Part shown: positions 11,905 to 23,682 of the stretch, in pieces
Layout of the letters: the number at the start of each line of letters is the position of its first letter
How positions within the stretch are numbered: position 1 is the first letter of the stretch
Assembly (NCBI GenBank): GCA_965235115.1
Contig: OZ249436.1
Location: forward strand, 30,692,001 to 30,756,000
Length of the DNA: 64,000 nt
Source: Laetmonice hystrix
Lineage: Eukaryota
Reading direction: 5' to 3'
Program-made: the position numbers and the translations under genes
The notes under the pieces: generated by a model
The model's input: the letters and a program-made list of their open reading frames with translations, nothing else
Told to the model about the DNA's origin: nothing
The model's database searches: none

Positions 11905-12836
11905 CAGTGGAAACCCGCTTAGGCGGGCAGCCATGGGTCTGGGCCTTTGGTGCCCGCATAGCGGGGTGGTCGTCTTACCGGGAATTAGGTCATTATGTCT
12001 TTGTGTTTTGAAAGCATCAGCCACTACATGCTAATCGGCCCTGACTGTTATCAAATACATGTATACATGTACTTCGAGTGAGAAATTCATGAAAGTAGCA
12101 AAATATATTTCTGGAAAAGCATGGATTTATTATTACTGAATGGAACATTGCAGCACAACTGAACAGTACATGCAAATGTAGTAAAACATGTTTAAAATGT
12201 AATAGGACCCTAGGTATCTACATCTTTAAATACAATGTACATCTTCTACATTCCCGGATAATCACAGATTTTTCTGACTCAAAATGCTCCATCATAGTTC
12301 GTATGCTATATGTGTACAAAGTTCGGCGATTTAAGAACGTTTAAAAAAGCTGGCTAGAGTGGGTTGCACTGTACACCTGGTGAGGGTCTCGGTCAGGAAG
12401 TTGTCCTGGGCGGTCATGGGGTGTTCAACGGTCTGGCTGTATGTGGGTAAAAGCTGTTTGTTTGATTATGTAGGCCGCATTGTGGGTTGTATTGTTTCTC
12501 TCACCTAGGAAAACTGACGATATGTGTTTATGGAAGTGGTCTCACTTTGATTGACAGGTCGCACCTAGTCAGCACTAGGTGTGAACGGGCCAGGGTGGCG
12601 CCAGTACCAGCAGTATGAGGTGTGAGCGGCCGGAGTGGTCGCGAGACCGAGTTGAAAGAGGCCCGTTGGGACTGAAAACAGGCGCCCGCAAGGCGGGTTG
12701 CCCGCAATGCGAATGCCCGTATTGGCGGGTGTTTCACAAACATGAATATAGAAGGAAAAATTCGGGACTGTGTCAAACTGCCCGTAATGACGGGTTGCCC
12801 GCTTCCCCGGGTTGGTCGTTAAGCGGGTTTCCACTG
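11905..12836. mobile_element. Tc1/mariner-pogo (Tigger-like) non-autonomous element, TA TSD
   Basis: ta|CAGTGGAAACCCGCTTA ... TAAGCGGGTTTCCACTG|ta (17-bp perfect TIR). Confidence 0.85.
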
Positions 12837-13030
12837 TATATATGTGGTGATTCCATTGGAAGCCGGAAGGTGGCAGTGCCCGGCGGCCTGGCCAGGTATA
12901 GGGGGCCTACATACGTGCCGTGGTGATTCCATTGGAAGCCGGCAGGTGGCAGTGCAGTCGGAGGTGACGCTTCAGGACAGCACGGCAGCATCTGGACGCC
13001 TGCAACATCTCTGTAAACTTTATACTTGGG

Positions 13031-13288
13031 CAAAGGCGGATCCAGAGGGGGGCACAGGGGGCACGTGCCCCCTTTAGCTTCACTAATTATAGGCTTACAC
13101 GGCTATAGCCTACTCATTTTTAATTAATTTACACTGACGGTGTGTCTCAGGAAACCCCGAGCTATCATATATATAGGCCTATACGTCTAAAACTCTCATT
13201 CAAGAGCATGAGCTTTAATTAGTAATGCAAACAATCATGAATTGCTTTTCTGTAACTCCCCTTTAGTGAAATCCTGGATCCGCCAGTG
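13031..13288. mobile_element. hAT-like MITE with 6-bp TSD
   Basis: cttggg|CAAAGGCGGATCCAG ... CTGGATCCGCCAGTG|cttggg. Confidence 0.7.
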
Positions 13289-16200
13289 CTTGGGGATGGG
13301 GTATCTGATGTAGAAAAGGCGTACGGCCATTTCATTTGCCATTGTTATAATTAAACCTTTGTGGTCGGACGCTTACAGACGGTCTGTAGGGGAGACAGAT
13401 TAGATTGGAGATGATCGACCGAACGTATGGCCTGCCTCCTTTAGGCTTTACAGTAAAGGCATGGAAACATGAAATCAGGTGACATTAAGAAATATGGTGT
13501 ATTATGTGTACAGAAATAGCAGTTTTTATAGCAACATCTCGACCTTTCTGTCTGCCTTGAGAAGCTGAGAGTGTGTGCCAACTTGACATTTTTCCTATGA
13601 ATGTCATTGCTACCTTCTTCACCGACTTTGGTAACATTGTTACCAAAGTCGGTGATGGCCCCCAGAATCAAACACAGGAGCAGAGGGTGGGCGCGTAAGT
13701 GGGATATATATCAGTCCATTAATCTAGCTCCAACAACTTCAGTCCGATAGAGAGTTTGAGTAGGTGTGTGGGGGGGGGGGGGGGGGTCTTGTCGATACAA
13801 TAGGGCCTAACTGTGAAAGATGGAGTCCTTTCGATGCAGTCTGCGTAGAATGTGGATCTGGACTCTTTTAAAGAGATGGAAAACACACATGGCAAATAAG
13901 GTTTCGTAGACCAAATGAAACACCAGCATTTAACTCAGGGCAATAAGTGCCACAGTTACGTTGTCTGAATGAAGTAGGCCTAGGCCTAATTAACGTGTAA
14001 CTGCCCGATGTGTGACGCCGCTGGTTCTAACCTTGCTCTGCTTGTGTGTTCATCACCTCGGACGTTTACAAACGTTGGGTCTCCAAACATCGTGTAGACA
14101 AGGTCTGTGAGCAGAGTAACACGTAATGTTTTAAATGCCTTCGTAACACTGGAGTATTGATGAAGCGCGTTGTGATGTTTACGTCATATAGGCCTAGTCC
14201 GTCATGGAACCCCCGTCCTTCCATGTGACAGGCGATAGGGGATACCGTCACATTTCGACATCCGTAAAGTTGTATTATGATACATGTCTTATCGGCAGCA
14301 CATTGGCTAATAGGATCCCTGATATGAATCGAATAAACCCTCCTTCCTCTGTGGGTCTATTTTACATAGAATTTCGCATTTCTATCCCGCCAAACGGCTA
14401 CCGTTCCTTTTAGGTCAGGCCTGAGAGCGAACTAACTCATAGGTTATCTTAAACCAAACGTCAACTATATCCTTATATAGCCGTTCAGACTATTTGTTCT
14501 TGTAGACTACGGAACCACCTAAAATCTGGAAGTAGGGGCCTAAGGATAGTTCAAACATATCCATGGCTGACGTAACTTCTTACTTCTTACGTCAACGCTA
14601 CATCAATTTTGAAACAAAAATTTATGGGGTCCCATACTGGTGAGATAACTATTTTGATTATTCTTTTTGTCGCATCATATGATATTCACAAGGAAGAGGA
14701 ATCTGATGACTGAATCCATGTACTCCCGTAACTCTGCTGCTTACTGACCTTTTTTGATGAATTGTCATGCGACACAGAAATATGCTGGCCTATCATTATC
14801 ACATCTGGGTGTTTTGTTCAGTGAAATGCATTGATGGTTATTAGATCAATTGTTTGATCATAAACTCGGTTTATTTTTCTTAAAGGCCGGTAGCATAGCC
14901 CCCTCGATGGCGGACAGCAGTAAAGCCAGATATAGGCCACATGGAGGGGCTAAGTGGAACAGGAGCCAGTGGCAGCAGCTAGAGCCAATGGGGGAGGGTC
15001 TGACTGGTATCCTAGTAACTAGAGGAATGTGATGACTGAATCCACAAAAAAATTAACCCAAACCTGATTTTCTATACGCTCTTAAGATACATTCAATACA
15101 GGTATACGTGTTCCTCATAATGTTTAAATATATCCCTGACAACTTTCATTGAAGAAAATGTCCTTAAACGCTCACAGGAGGCAATAATGTTTGAAAAGCC
15201 AAGCCTGCTGTGTACCACATAAGAGTCAAAAGCACATGTATCGGAGCTCCCCATTGGCTCGTTTTATAGTCCACTGCCGGCCTTTAACGTATCATTTGCT
15301 GTTTCTCCACAATGGGAACATAATCACCTGCTGCAATTGTAGTTCACCCCACACTTGTTTTCAATTTATACTAACAATCAATACTTATCTTTGTAACAGT
15401 GTGTCAGATATGAAGTTGAGAAAGTGTCTGACAATATAATGGTGATTTAATGCAAGGGCCAGGTGTAATCAACTTCTTGTCATAAGATAAGATAGCATGA
15501 ACATTGCTGTTTGGTGCTGCTGTGTGACGTCCCATAGTTTTTTGTAATTTTTATATATTTTTCTTAACGTAGAATTTTGTTTAAAAAAAAATGATGAGGC
15601 ATTGGTCTTGGTCTGGGCATGAATATGCCAGCTTAGTAGTTTATATGGTACAGGAGAAATTATACAGGTATGAAACTGAATAGTCATAATGAGAATAGGG
15701 CCTACTGTTGATAATGTAACAACAATATGCAGGTAAACAAGTTATAAGAGTAAGAAGGCTACCTGAAATTTATTTATCTTTCTTTTATTAGTCCTGTTCC
15801 ACGAGGAACGGATTTGGTCGTTCACACCTTTCAGGCAGGTATAGATGAGCCGAGTACATAGTGTAGTTTGTTGTGATTCGTGGCTGTCTTCGTACATGTT
15901 TCCAGGGCTGCCCTCCTCCAACCAGAGCCAAGCTGGTGACCCTCATCTTAACCTTAGACTCAGCAGTGAATGCTTGTATTGATTTATTATCCTCAGTTGT
16001 CATGATAGCATTACCGTCCTTACCCCCAACCTCTTCCGTGCCTTCAGCCATAATACATCAAACTTTCGATTTAAATGTGCTAAACATCAAGTTGCAAACT
16101 TAAAAAGTTCGTTCCTACAAAAGCTGATCAAATCTAGTATTTAGTGTAAAATGTGTTTCTATCAGCCCCTTTGCTGTACATTTTAGACGATTCTTCGTGT

Positions 16201-18757
16201 ATAGGCTACATACATCATGTTAGGTAAAGAAGCCATTGTTTTGATCATTTCAGGGTGCCAACGCTTTGGAGGAATTTGTGGGTGAGGGGCATCAGGGGTG
16301 ATTGTAAATTATGATAAATACATGCACTGAAAAATATTTTTAAATTAAACAATTAAGAATTTGGAAATACATTGTACATACGTATGTAGTTATATTAAAA
16401 GACTGATATAAGAAAAGAATTATAAGTAAAGTAATCCATATTTAGATATGAAATCCATGCCATAGAAGAAATTTAAAGAAAGGCAAAGTTCAGCTGTTTG
16501 TACATGTGCCTCTTACCATAAAACTTCTTTCCAGCCCCAAATTCAACCCAATAGGCTGTTCAGAATAGAGAATTCGATAATACAAAGAGGTGTGCCCTAT
16601 AGAACGCACGAATATTGGAGTAGACCGCCATTTTTGCCACGCCCATCGTATCAACCAATCAAAAAAGAGCGGAATTCCAGGACTAATGACGTCACTAAGG
16701 CGAACCACAGCCCTGGCGCCATTCATTCAGGGGTAAAACTGGGTATCCTTCATACGCGTCTACACTCCTCCTATACAACTTTACAAGTCGTTTGGACTTT
16801 AGTCCAAGTTTTAAAAGTACTGGAGACTAGTGGAGTCGAGACAGGGAGAGGTTCATGATAATGTGTAGGCCTACAGACGAGGTAGTAGGCAGTGGCGGAT
16901 CTAGACTGTCGCTCAGGCAGCTTGAGCGACATGCAGTGGGCCATGCAGTTCGCTTACTCGCTCAAACTGCCGCGGGCCCGCCGGCCGCTCGCTGCCGGGG
17001 CTTGTAGGGGGCCTGGGCCGGTCCGTTCGGCCGGGACTTGTAGGGGGCCTCGCCCTCGGCCGGTCGGTTCGGCCTGCGCTTGTTGAAGCAAGGGCCTCGA
17101 TCAGCCGGTAGAGAGCGGGATAGGGATCGGCTGCACTCAATTCGAAAAGACCGGAGACCAGCGCTATAAATAACTATGTTGGCGGCTCTCGATGGCTGCT
17201 GCTGCTGCCGCGTCACTGCTTGGACATCTTGTACCATATATTCTATGCATTCGGCCCACCTCGGGACTGTCCGGGCCAGATCCTCTCGGCCCTCGCACAG
17301 TCGTCACCATGTTGGATCACGTGACACAACGTGGTCAAAACGGCGACGGCAGACACACCGACAAAGGTGAAAGACAAGCAGTGTCTGGCTTGTTTAAAAA
17401 CAGATCTCCGCTTGATACCTCTGACAAGTGGATTAGACGTCAGAGGAAATCTATTTAGGTCTCTATAGATACTTTTTTAGATGTTGACATTCCTATTAGC
17501 ATTGTTTATCGTCAGACGGAGGTCTACGTTTGTACCACGGACGAGCTGTCTCACTTGGGATTCCCTCGGGATTCCTTTGGGCGTATGACGTCATTCCTTA
17601 TGTTGATACAAGCTAGTAAAGTCGTATGATTTCATAAATACTGCAAAACTGAATGTGTCGCGGCTGCTAAGAACGATCGAGACTGCAAATCTTCGGAAAT
17701 TATCCATCTTTCCTGATGAACAATCCCACGTTAGGCCGAACACCGACATTCTATGAACTACTTTGCGCCGTTGCGCACTACGCGAGTTGTGATGTACCCA
17801 AACCCGTGGAATCACTGTCATATCTCTACGGCTTGAGACGTCCGAGTCCACAACTAGCGAAGCGACCGGAAGTTGGGCCGAGGTTTTCCGAATGATATTC
17901 TATGGTGTCCTGCCACATGGAATGGGGTACGCACAAGTGACGTCATTTGCCAAGTGGGGAACCCCATATTCTTGGCACAAGATGGCAGAGAAGGGCCGGT
18001 GAGGAGGAGCGGTGGATTTTCAACGATTACTTTTTTTTATCATTTTTTTCTGATTTTTTTAGAGGTCCAAGGTGAAAGGTATAGTATTGGTCTACCAGTG
18101 CAGCCCTATGTGATATAATTATTTTTCGTTGCTTTAAGTGTTGGTGTTCTAATTCTGAGGCCAACGTCAGTCTGATGAACGATTGCAAACGATGGAAGAT
18201 TTATCCGTACATGTAAAAGAAAACCAGGGATCACTTGTAGATTATCGGTAATGTCTGCATGTGTTGCTAATTTGTCAGAATGATAAGTCCGCTCACCATG
18301 CCCAAGGATAGAACTGTCCATGAGCTAACGTGCAACATTGTGACCATAGGACTATTGTCTACTCTTAAATCGCTTTGATTTTTTATATATAACACGTGGT
18401 TTGTATACTACAGCTGTTGACTTCGGGTATTGAAGAGTGTTACATAGTTTTCAGTGAATTATGACTGTATGTTGGCCTTAAACACACACTTCCTGTAGAA
18501 CCAGTGGTGCACACAATCATATTGAGTACGTACAGTGGTGTTAAGAGGTTTTGAAAGTCGTTTACCTTAGCCCCAGCTACCTTTCAGACAACGATCTTTT
18601 TGGAACAGCTGCAAGAGTTCACAGATACGGCAGGCGCCATGCTCATGATACAAGGTGACTGTTGAAACTTCTAAGGAAAGAAAAAAACATGTCCCGAAAT
18701 CGATTCAAAGTTTTTTAAAATGGTTTTTATACAGAAATTCGCTAGTTTTTATCTTAA

Positions 18758-19282
18758 AGGGAGCCGTAAAATTCATTTTTTCGATTTATGGCAGTCTTAG
18801 AAACATATGATTCGCATACCTTGGACTCTCAGTAACATCATGTGAGACTGTTATGGCCCAGCGACCAGTATTTAGTAAGGAAAATATGCCAAATCTCTCC
18901 TAAATACGTAGCTCAGAATTAGCGAGCGGCCCACAGGATATTTGAGTTGGCCGCGGTCGGGCGATGATGACGCGTAATCACGTGACTTCCGGGTGTACAT
19001 GCGGTATTTAGGTCAACGCTAGACTAGAGGGAGATTCCCTTCCACACCCGGAAGTCACGTGATCACGCGTCATCATCGCCCGACCGCGGCCAACTCAAAT
19101 ATCCTGTGGGCCGCTCGCTAATTCTGAGCTACGTATTTGCGAGAGATTTGGCATATTTTCCTTACTAAATACTGGTCGCTGGGCCATAACAGTCTCACAT
19201 GATGTTACTGGGAGTCCAAGGTATGCGAATTATATGTTTTTAAGACTGCCATAAATCGAAAAAATGAATTTTACGGCTCCCT
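18758..19282. mobile_element. Kolobok-like fold-back MITE, TTAA TSD, ~240-bp TIRs
   Basis: ttaa|AGGGAGCCGTAAAATTC ... GAATTTTACGGCTCCCT|ttaa; second copy at 22980-23303. Confidence 0.85.
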
Positions 19283-19659
19283 TTAAGGAGCGGCAGGTGT
19301 ACATTGTGAATTTATTCCGTGTCTTGATAGTGAAGGCAGACAATGTATGGAAGGTTATAAGACCTTCAAGATCAGTGAATATGCTATAAACACGAGTGCA
19401 GCCAGACTGGCATTTAGTCTTGTCTTTTGTCTTTGATTCTTGGTAGAAACTTCGTAGATCAGCACGCATCTCGAGCTGCGCAGCATCTCTGTATACTGTG
19501 ATATAGCAGATATGAATTAGACGAAGTGTTCCATTAAAATGCGTATTTTAACCTTACCTTGGTAAACCAACTGACTGGGCGCCCCATCTATAGGCCTAGG
19601 TCAGAAAACTGGCACGTTGTCTGGGGCTGAGATATACCTCAGCCTGGGGATAGATGTTG

Positions 19660-20070
19660 GCCGCGATGTGTCCCGATGTGACATTCGAAGTGACATTGGA
19701 CATCACATCGGGAGTGATCGGGAAACATCTGGAAACATCAGCACGACATCGGGAAGTTAGACGAAATCGCGGTGACATCGGGAAATTTTTGAACATGTTC
19801 AAAAATCTCCCGAGGTTCCTAAAATCGGGATGACATCGGAATAACATGGGGAGGGGGGGGGCATCGGGACATTCCATTTCTTATGGACGACATCGGGGTA
19901 ATGTCGGGGTGATATCGGGGTGACATCGAGGTCACATCGGGGTGATATCGGGGTGATATCGGAGTGACATCGAGGTCACATCGGGGTGATATCGTGGTGA
20001 TGTATCGTGGTGACATCGGCCCGTTACATCGGGACACATCTGTTTGTCATCAGCTATGTGTGAACGGGCT
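19660..20070. repeat. Repeat element with short internal GACATCGGGGT-type repeats (probable truncated MITE)
   Basis: Many (GT)GACATCGG(G) units; ends in GTGTGAACGGGCTT; matching left TIR not found. Confidence 0.5.
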
Positions 20071-20478
20071 TCGAGCTCCTGGACCCACGAACCGAGTACC
20101 ACTAGAAGTGGTTAAGTTGGCCTCCATACTTGTGGACCTCTTTCGCCAATTCTACCATAAATGGGCATGCAGCGTTTTTTATGAATGTGGAAAAAGCAAA
20201 TGACCCGTTGCGTTTTCTGCCCTTCACCTATTCTGAATACTCCGTTTTTCTTCCTTCTTTCCTTTCTTTCTATTCTTTTTTTTTTGGCTTTCTTTCCTTT
20301 CTTTTCTTTCATTCTTTCCTTTCATTTCTTTCTTGTTTTCTTTCCGTTCCTTTTTTCCCTTTACCTTTTCCTCCTTAAATTTTGGTTTTATTTCGGCGTA
20401 CTTCTCCATTTCGAACTGATAGAATTCATAAATTTGGCAGTTTTACTTCTTTTATTTCAACTTTGAAACTTTTGAAGT

Positions 20479-20642
20479 CTATTCAGACGGCCATACACAA
20501 ACTTTTTTGTCTTCATCAAACACGAGCCCATCAGGGCAGGACTCTTCATAGCCTTTCCCGTTTGCGCACTGACAGAACTTCGTATTGTCCGACGGGTGGG
20601 CGTAGTAGCCATCGTCCTTTGTCGTGCAAACGGCATCACAAT
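20479..20642 (-). CDS. Chitinase last exon: CBM14/ChtBD2 domain
   Basis: CDAVCTTKDDGYYAHPSDNTKFCQCANGKGYEESCPDGLVFDEDKKVCVWPSE*; ttacag acceptor; AATAAA on minus strand at 20451-20456. Confidence 0.9.
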
Positions 20643-21163
20643 CTGTAATGAAAGTTGAGCCCGTACAAATCATCAATAGATTCGCACTCATGCACTGTTA
20701 CCACACGCGGCTGGATAGGCGATCAACCTCCTTTTGTTTTGGACAAACTTGAAAAATTACGAACCCTACTTCAAAAATTCTTTAGGCAATTAGAGAGTAT
20801 CTCTTATTTCAATGACTCCAAAATGCAGACATGTTAGGTTAGTTAAGGCCTTAGACTTAAAATCAATAAATGTCTACCCAAAGAAATGGGGAACCTAATG
20901 AAATTCAACATTCCAGTTGCCCGTTGTCACCATGACGCGAGCTGCTCATGGTTGGTTATTGACCTGGCATTGACTTGAACAGCCATTGAAATTCATCGGT
21001 TCATCGCCCGAAGAATTTCATTGACTGTTCTGTCAACAACCAGCCATAAGACTTTAAGAAACTTTAAGGTTTAACAAAGCATGAAATATTTCGGCGATTT
21101 TGGGCGAAATATGTGCCGGGAAACCCCGTCATACAATTTTTCACTCGGGTGAGTGTGACCTGA

Positions 21164-22190
21164 ACCCCCCCCCCCCCATCTGTGGGGTTATCTGAAGGAT
21201 CATGTTCATGAATACCCCCCCCCACCCCCATCTGTGGGGTTATCTGAAGGATCATGTTCATGAACACCCCCCCCCCCATCTGTGGGATTATCTGAAGGAT
21301 CATGTTCATGAACATCCCACCCCCACCCTCACCCCCATCTGTGGGGTTATCTGAAGGATCATGTTCATGAACACCCCCCCCCCATCTGTGGGGTTATCTG
21401 AAGGATCATGTTCATGAACCCCCCCCCCCCCCCCATCTGTGGGGTTATCTGAAGGATCATGTTCATGAACACCCCCCCCCCCACCCCCATCTGTGGGGTT
21501 ATCTGAAGGATCATGTTCATGAATACCCCCCCCCCCATCTGTGGGGTTATCTGAAGGATCATGTTCATGAACACCCCCTCCCACCCCATCTGTGGGGTTA
21601 TCTGAAGGATCATGTTCATGAACACCCCCCCCACCCCCATCTGTGGGGTTATCTGAAGGATCATGTTCATGAATACCCCCCCCCCCATCTGTGGGGTTAT
21701 CTGAAGGATCATGTTCATGAACACCCCCTCCCACCCCATCTGTGGGGTTATCTGAAGGATCATGTTCATGAACACCCCCCCCCCCCCCATCTGTGGGGTT
21801 ATCTGAAGGATCATGTTCATGAACACCCCCCACCCCATCTGTGGGGTTATCTGAAGGATCATGTTCATGAATACCCCCCATCTGGGGTTATCTGAAGGAT
21901 CATGTTCATGAACACTCCCACCCCCATCTGTGGGGTTATCTGAAGGATCATTTTCAGGAACAACCCCCCCCCCCCATCTGTGTGGTTATCTGAAGGATTA
22001 TGTTCATGAACACCCACCCACCCCCTATCTGTGTGGTTATCTGAAGGATCATGTTCATGAACACCCCCCTCCCCACCCCCTATCTGTGTGGTTATCTGAA
22101 GGATCATGTTCATGAACACCCCCCTCCCCACCCCCTATCTGTGTGGTTATCTGAAGGATTATGTTCATGAACACCCCCCCCCCCCCACCC
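21164..22190 (+). repeat. ~48-55 bp minisatellite, 20 copies, derived from transposase coding sequence
   Basis: (C)n-ATCTGTGGGGTTATCTGAAGGATCATGTTCATGAACA repeated; variable C-run spacer. Confidence 0.95.
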
Positions 22191-22284
22191 CCAAAGACCT
22201 GAAAACAGCAATCACGGCCAAAATCAGAGCTATTCCACGAATTTCTCTCTCCGCATTCAGAAGTGTCGTCGATGTGGTCATTTC

Positions 22285-22953
22285 CAGGCCCGTAGCCGTG
22301 GGGGGGGGGGGGGGGGGGGGCAGGAGGCCCTAGCCTCACCCAAATCTGGCAAGGTCCAAAAGGTCCAACTTTTCCAAAATTTTAGACTGGACTTTTGGTC
22401 CTGAAAATTATCTTGAACACGATGTCAGCCAATATTTAGGCATTCATGCAGTTTTGGTTCTAAATCTACTGTGGCCGAAAAGTACAAACATTCTCGGCTG
22501 GGGGATTTCGATCCTCGGGTCACAAATGTCGCTACTCCAGTCAGATGGTGCTACTCGGTTCATCGATATCGATCCTCGGCTCGTAGATTTCGGTACTCGG
22601 GTCCAATGTTGCTACTCGGCTCGCAGATTTCGCCACTCGGGACATTGGATCCGAGTACCGAAACCTGCGAGCCGAGGATCGAAATCGACGACCCGAGTAG
22701 CAACATTTGACCGGAGTAGCGAAATTGGCGAGCCGAGATTCGAAATCGGCGAGCCGAGTAGCATTATTTGACCGGAGTAGCGAAATCTGTGACCGGAGGA
22801 TCGAAATCTTCCAGCTGAGAATGTTTGTACTTTTCGGCCACAGTAAAATCTTATATTATGGGTTTCCCACCCAACATATTATGGGTTGGCTAAAAAAAGG
22901 TCCGGTATTTGAAAATGTGCCCCACCCATCATCATGAGCTGGCTATGGACCTG
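22285..22953. mobile_element. hAT-like MITE, 5-bp TSD with one mismatch, inserted in the mariner relic
   Basis: atttc|CAGGCCCGTAGCC ... GGCTATGGACCTG|atttg. Confidence 0.7.
22469..22843. mobile_element. Fold-back MITE with TA flanks nested inside 22285-22953
   Basis: ta|CTGTGGCCGAAAAGTACAAACATTCTC ... GAGAATGTTTGTACTTTTCGGCCACAG|ta. Confidence 0.85.
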
Positions 22954-22979
22954 ATTTGGAAAACATTATCGAAAGTTAA

Positions 22980-23303
22980 AGGGAGTCGTAAAATTCATTT
23001 TTTTCGATTTATGGCAGTCTGCGGTATTTAGGTCAACACTAGACTAGAGGGAGATTCCCTTCCACACCCGGAAGTCACGTGATCACGCGTCATCATCGCC
23101 CGACCGCGGCCAACTCAAATATCCCGTGGGCCGCTCGCTAATTCTGAGCTACGTATTTGCGAGAGATTTGGCATATTTTCCTTACTAAATACTGGTCGCT
23201 GGGCCATAACAGTCTCACATGATGTTACTGGGAGTCCAAGGTATGCGAATCATATGTTTCTAAGACTGCCATAAATCGAAAAAAATGAATTTTACGACTC
23301 CCT
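22980..23303. mobile_element. Kolobok-like MITE, second copy with left-arm deletion, TTAA TSD
   Basis: ttaa|AGGGAGTCGTAAAATTC ... GAATTTTACGACTCCCT|ttaa; right arm nearly identical to that of 18758-19282. Confidence 0.85.
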
Positions 23304-23682
23304 TTAATAGAAAAAAAAAACAGACTATTTTCACTACTGCACCCCAAACCTTCAGGACTGTTATCAACCCATGAATGTATTTAATGAAGCAAATCTTTTA
23401 TGAGTTGTAGAAACGAACACTTTTATGGGTAGCATTCATTTTAATATGTTTTGAAAATGTCGTTATAAGGTGCCTACCGTCTAGATCGCCACCACTGTAC
23501 GTTTGGTACCCATAGCAAACACGTACATGCAACACAATAAAATGAAGATCAGTCATCTTATGGACTTCTAATCGATACATGGCAAGACAAGACAAGTGCA
23601 TTACATGTATTCGTCTGTCGCAGGCGTGGTATAGGCCCAACTATTATAGTATGGGATATAGGAACCAACTTACTTCACATAC

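Larger units (their letters stand above)
21157..23497 (+). pseudogene. Degenerate, 5'-truncated Tc1/mariner-family transposase relic, split by insertions
   Basis: Joined pieces read DLNPP..HLWGYLKDHV..KDLKTAITAKIRAIP../NFSLRIQKCRRCGHLENIIE; candidate right end CCACCACTG|ta at 23497. Confidence 0.75.

Noticed and set aside
11842..13030. Possible ORF interrupted by the Tigger-like element, with a 36-bp direct repeat at ~12844 and ~12920
   Set aside because: Removing the element and one TA gives an immediate stop (TAT ATG TGG TGA); no recognisable protein
14700..15070. Two TGATGACTGAATCCA copies resembling C/D snoRNA box C
   Set aside because: Very short C-to-D spacing, no host intron and no recognisable rRNA guide
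20130..20466. Phe-rich and Lys/Glu-rich ORFs
   Set aside because: Translations of a low-complexity pyrimidine tract downstream of the chitinase poly(A) signal
21306..21881. 191-aa and 167-aa minus-strand repeat ORFs (VHEHDPSDNPTDGGG / FMNMILQITPQMGG) as a chitinase linker exon
   Set aside because: They are antisense readings of the transposase-derived minisatellite. The frame shifts with G-run length, no bounding splice sites were found, and a 29-nt exon already restores the frame.
21164..22190. CRISPR-like array (constant ~37-bp repeat with variable spacers)
   Set aside because: Spacers are short C-runs, not unique sequences; eukaryotic intron; no cas genes
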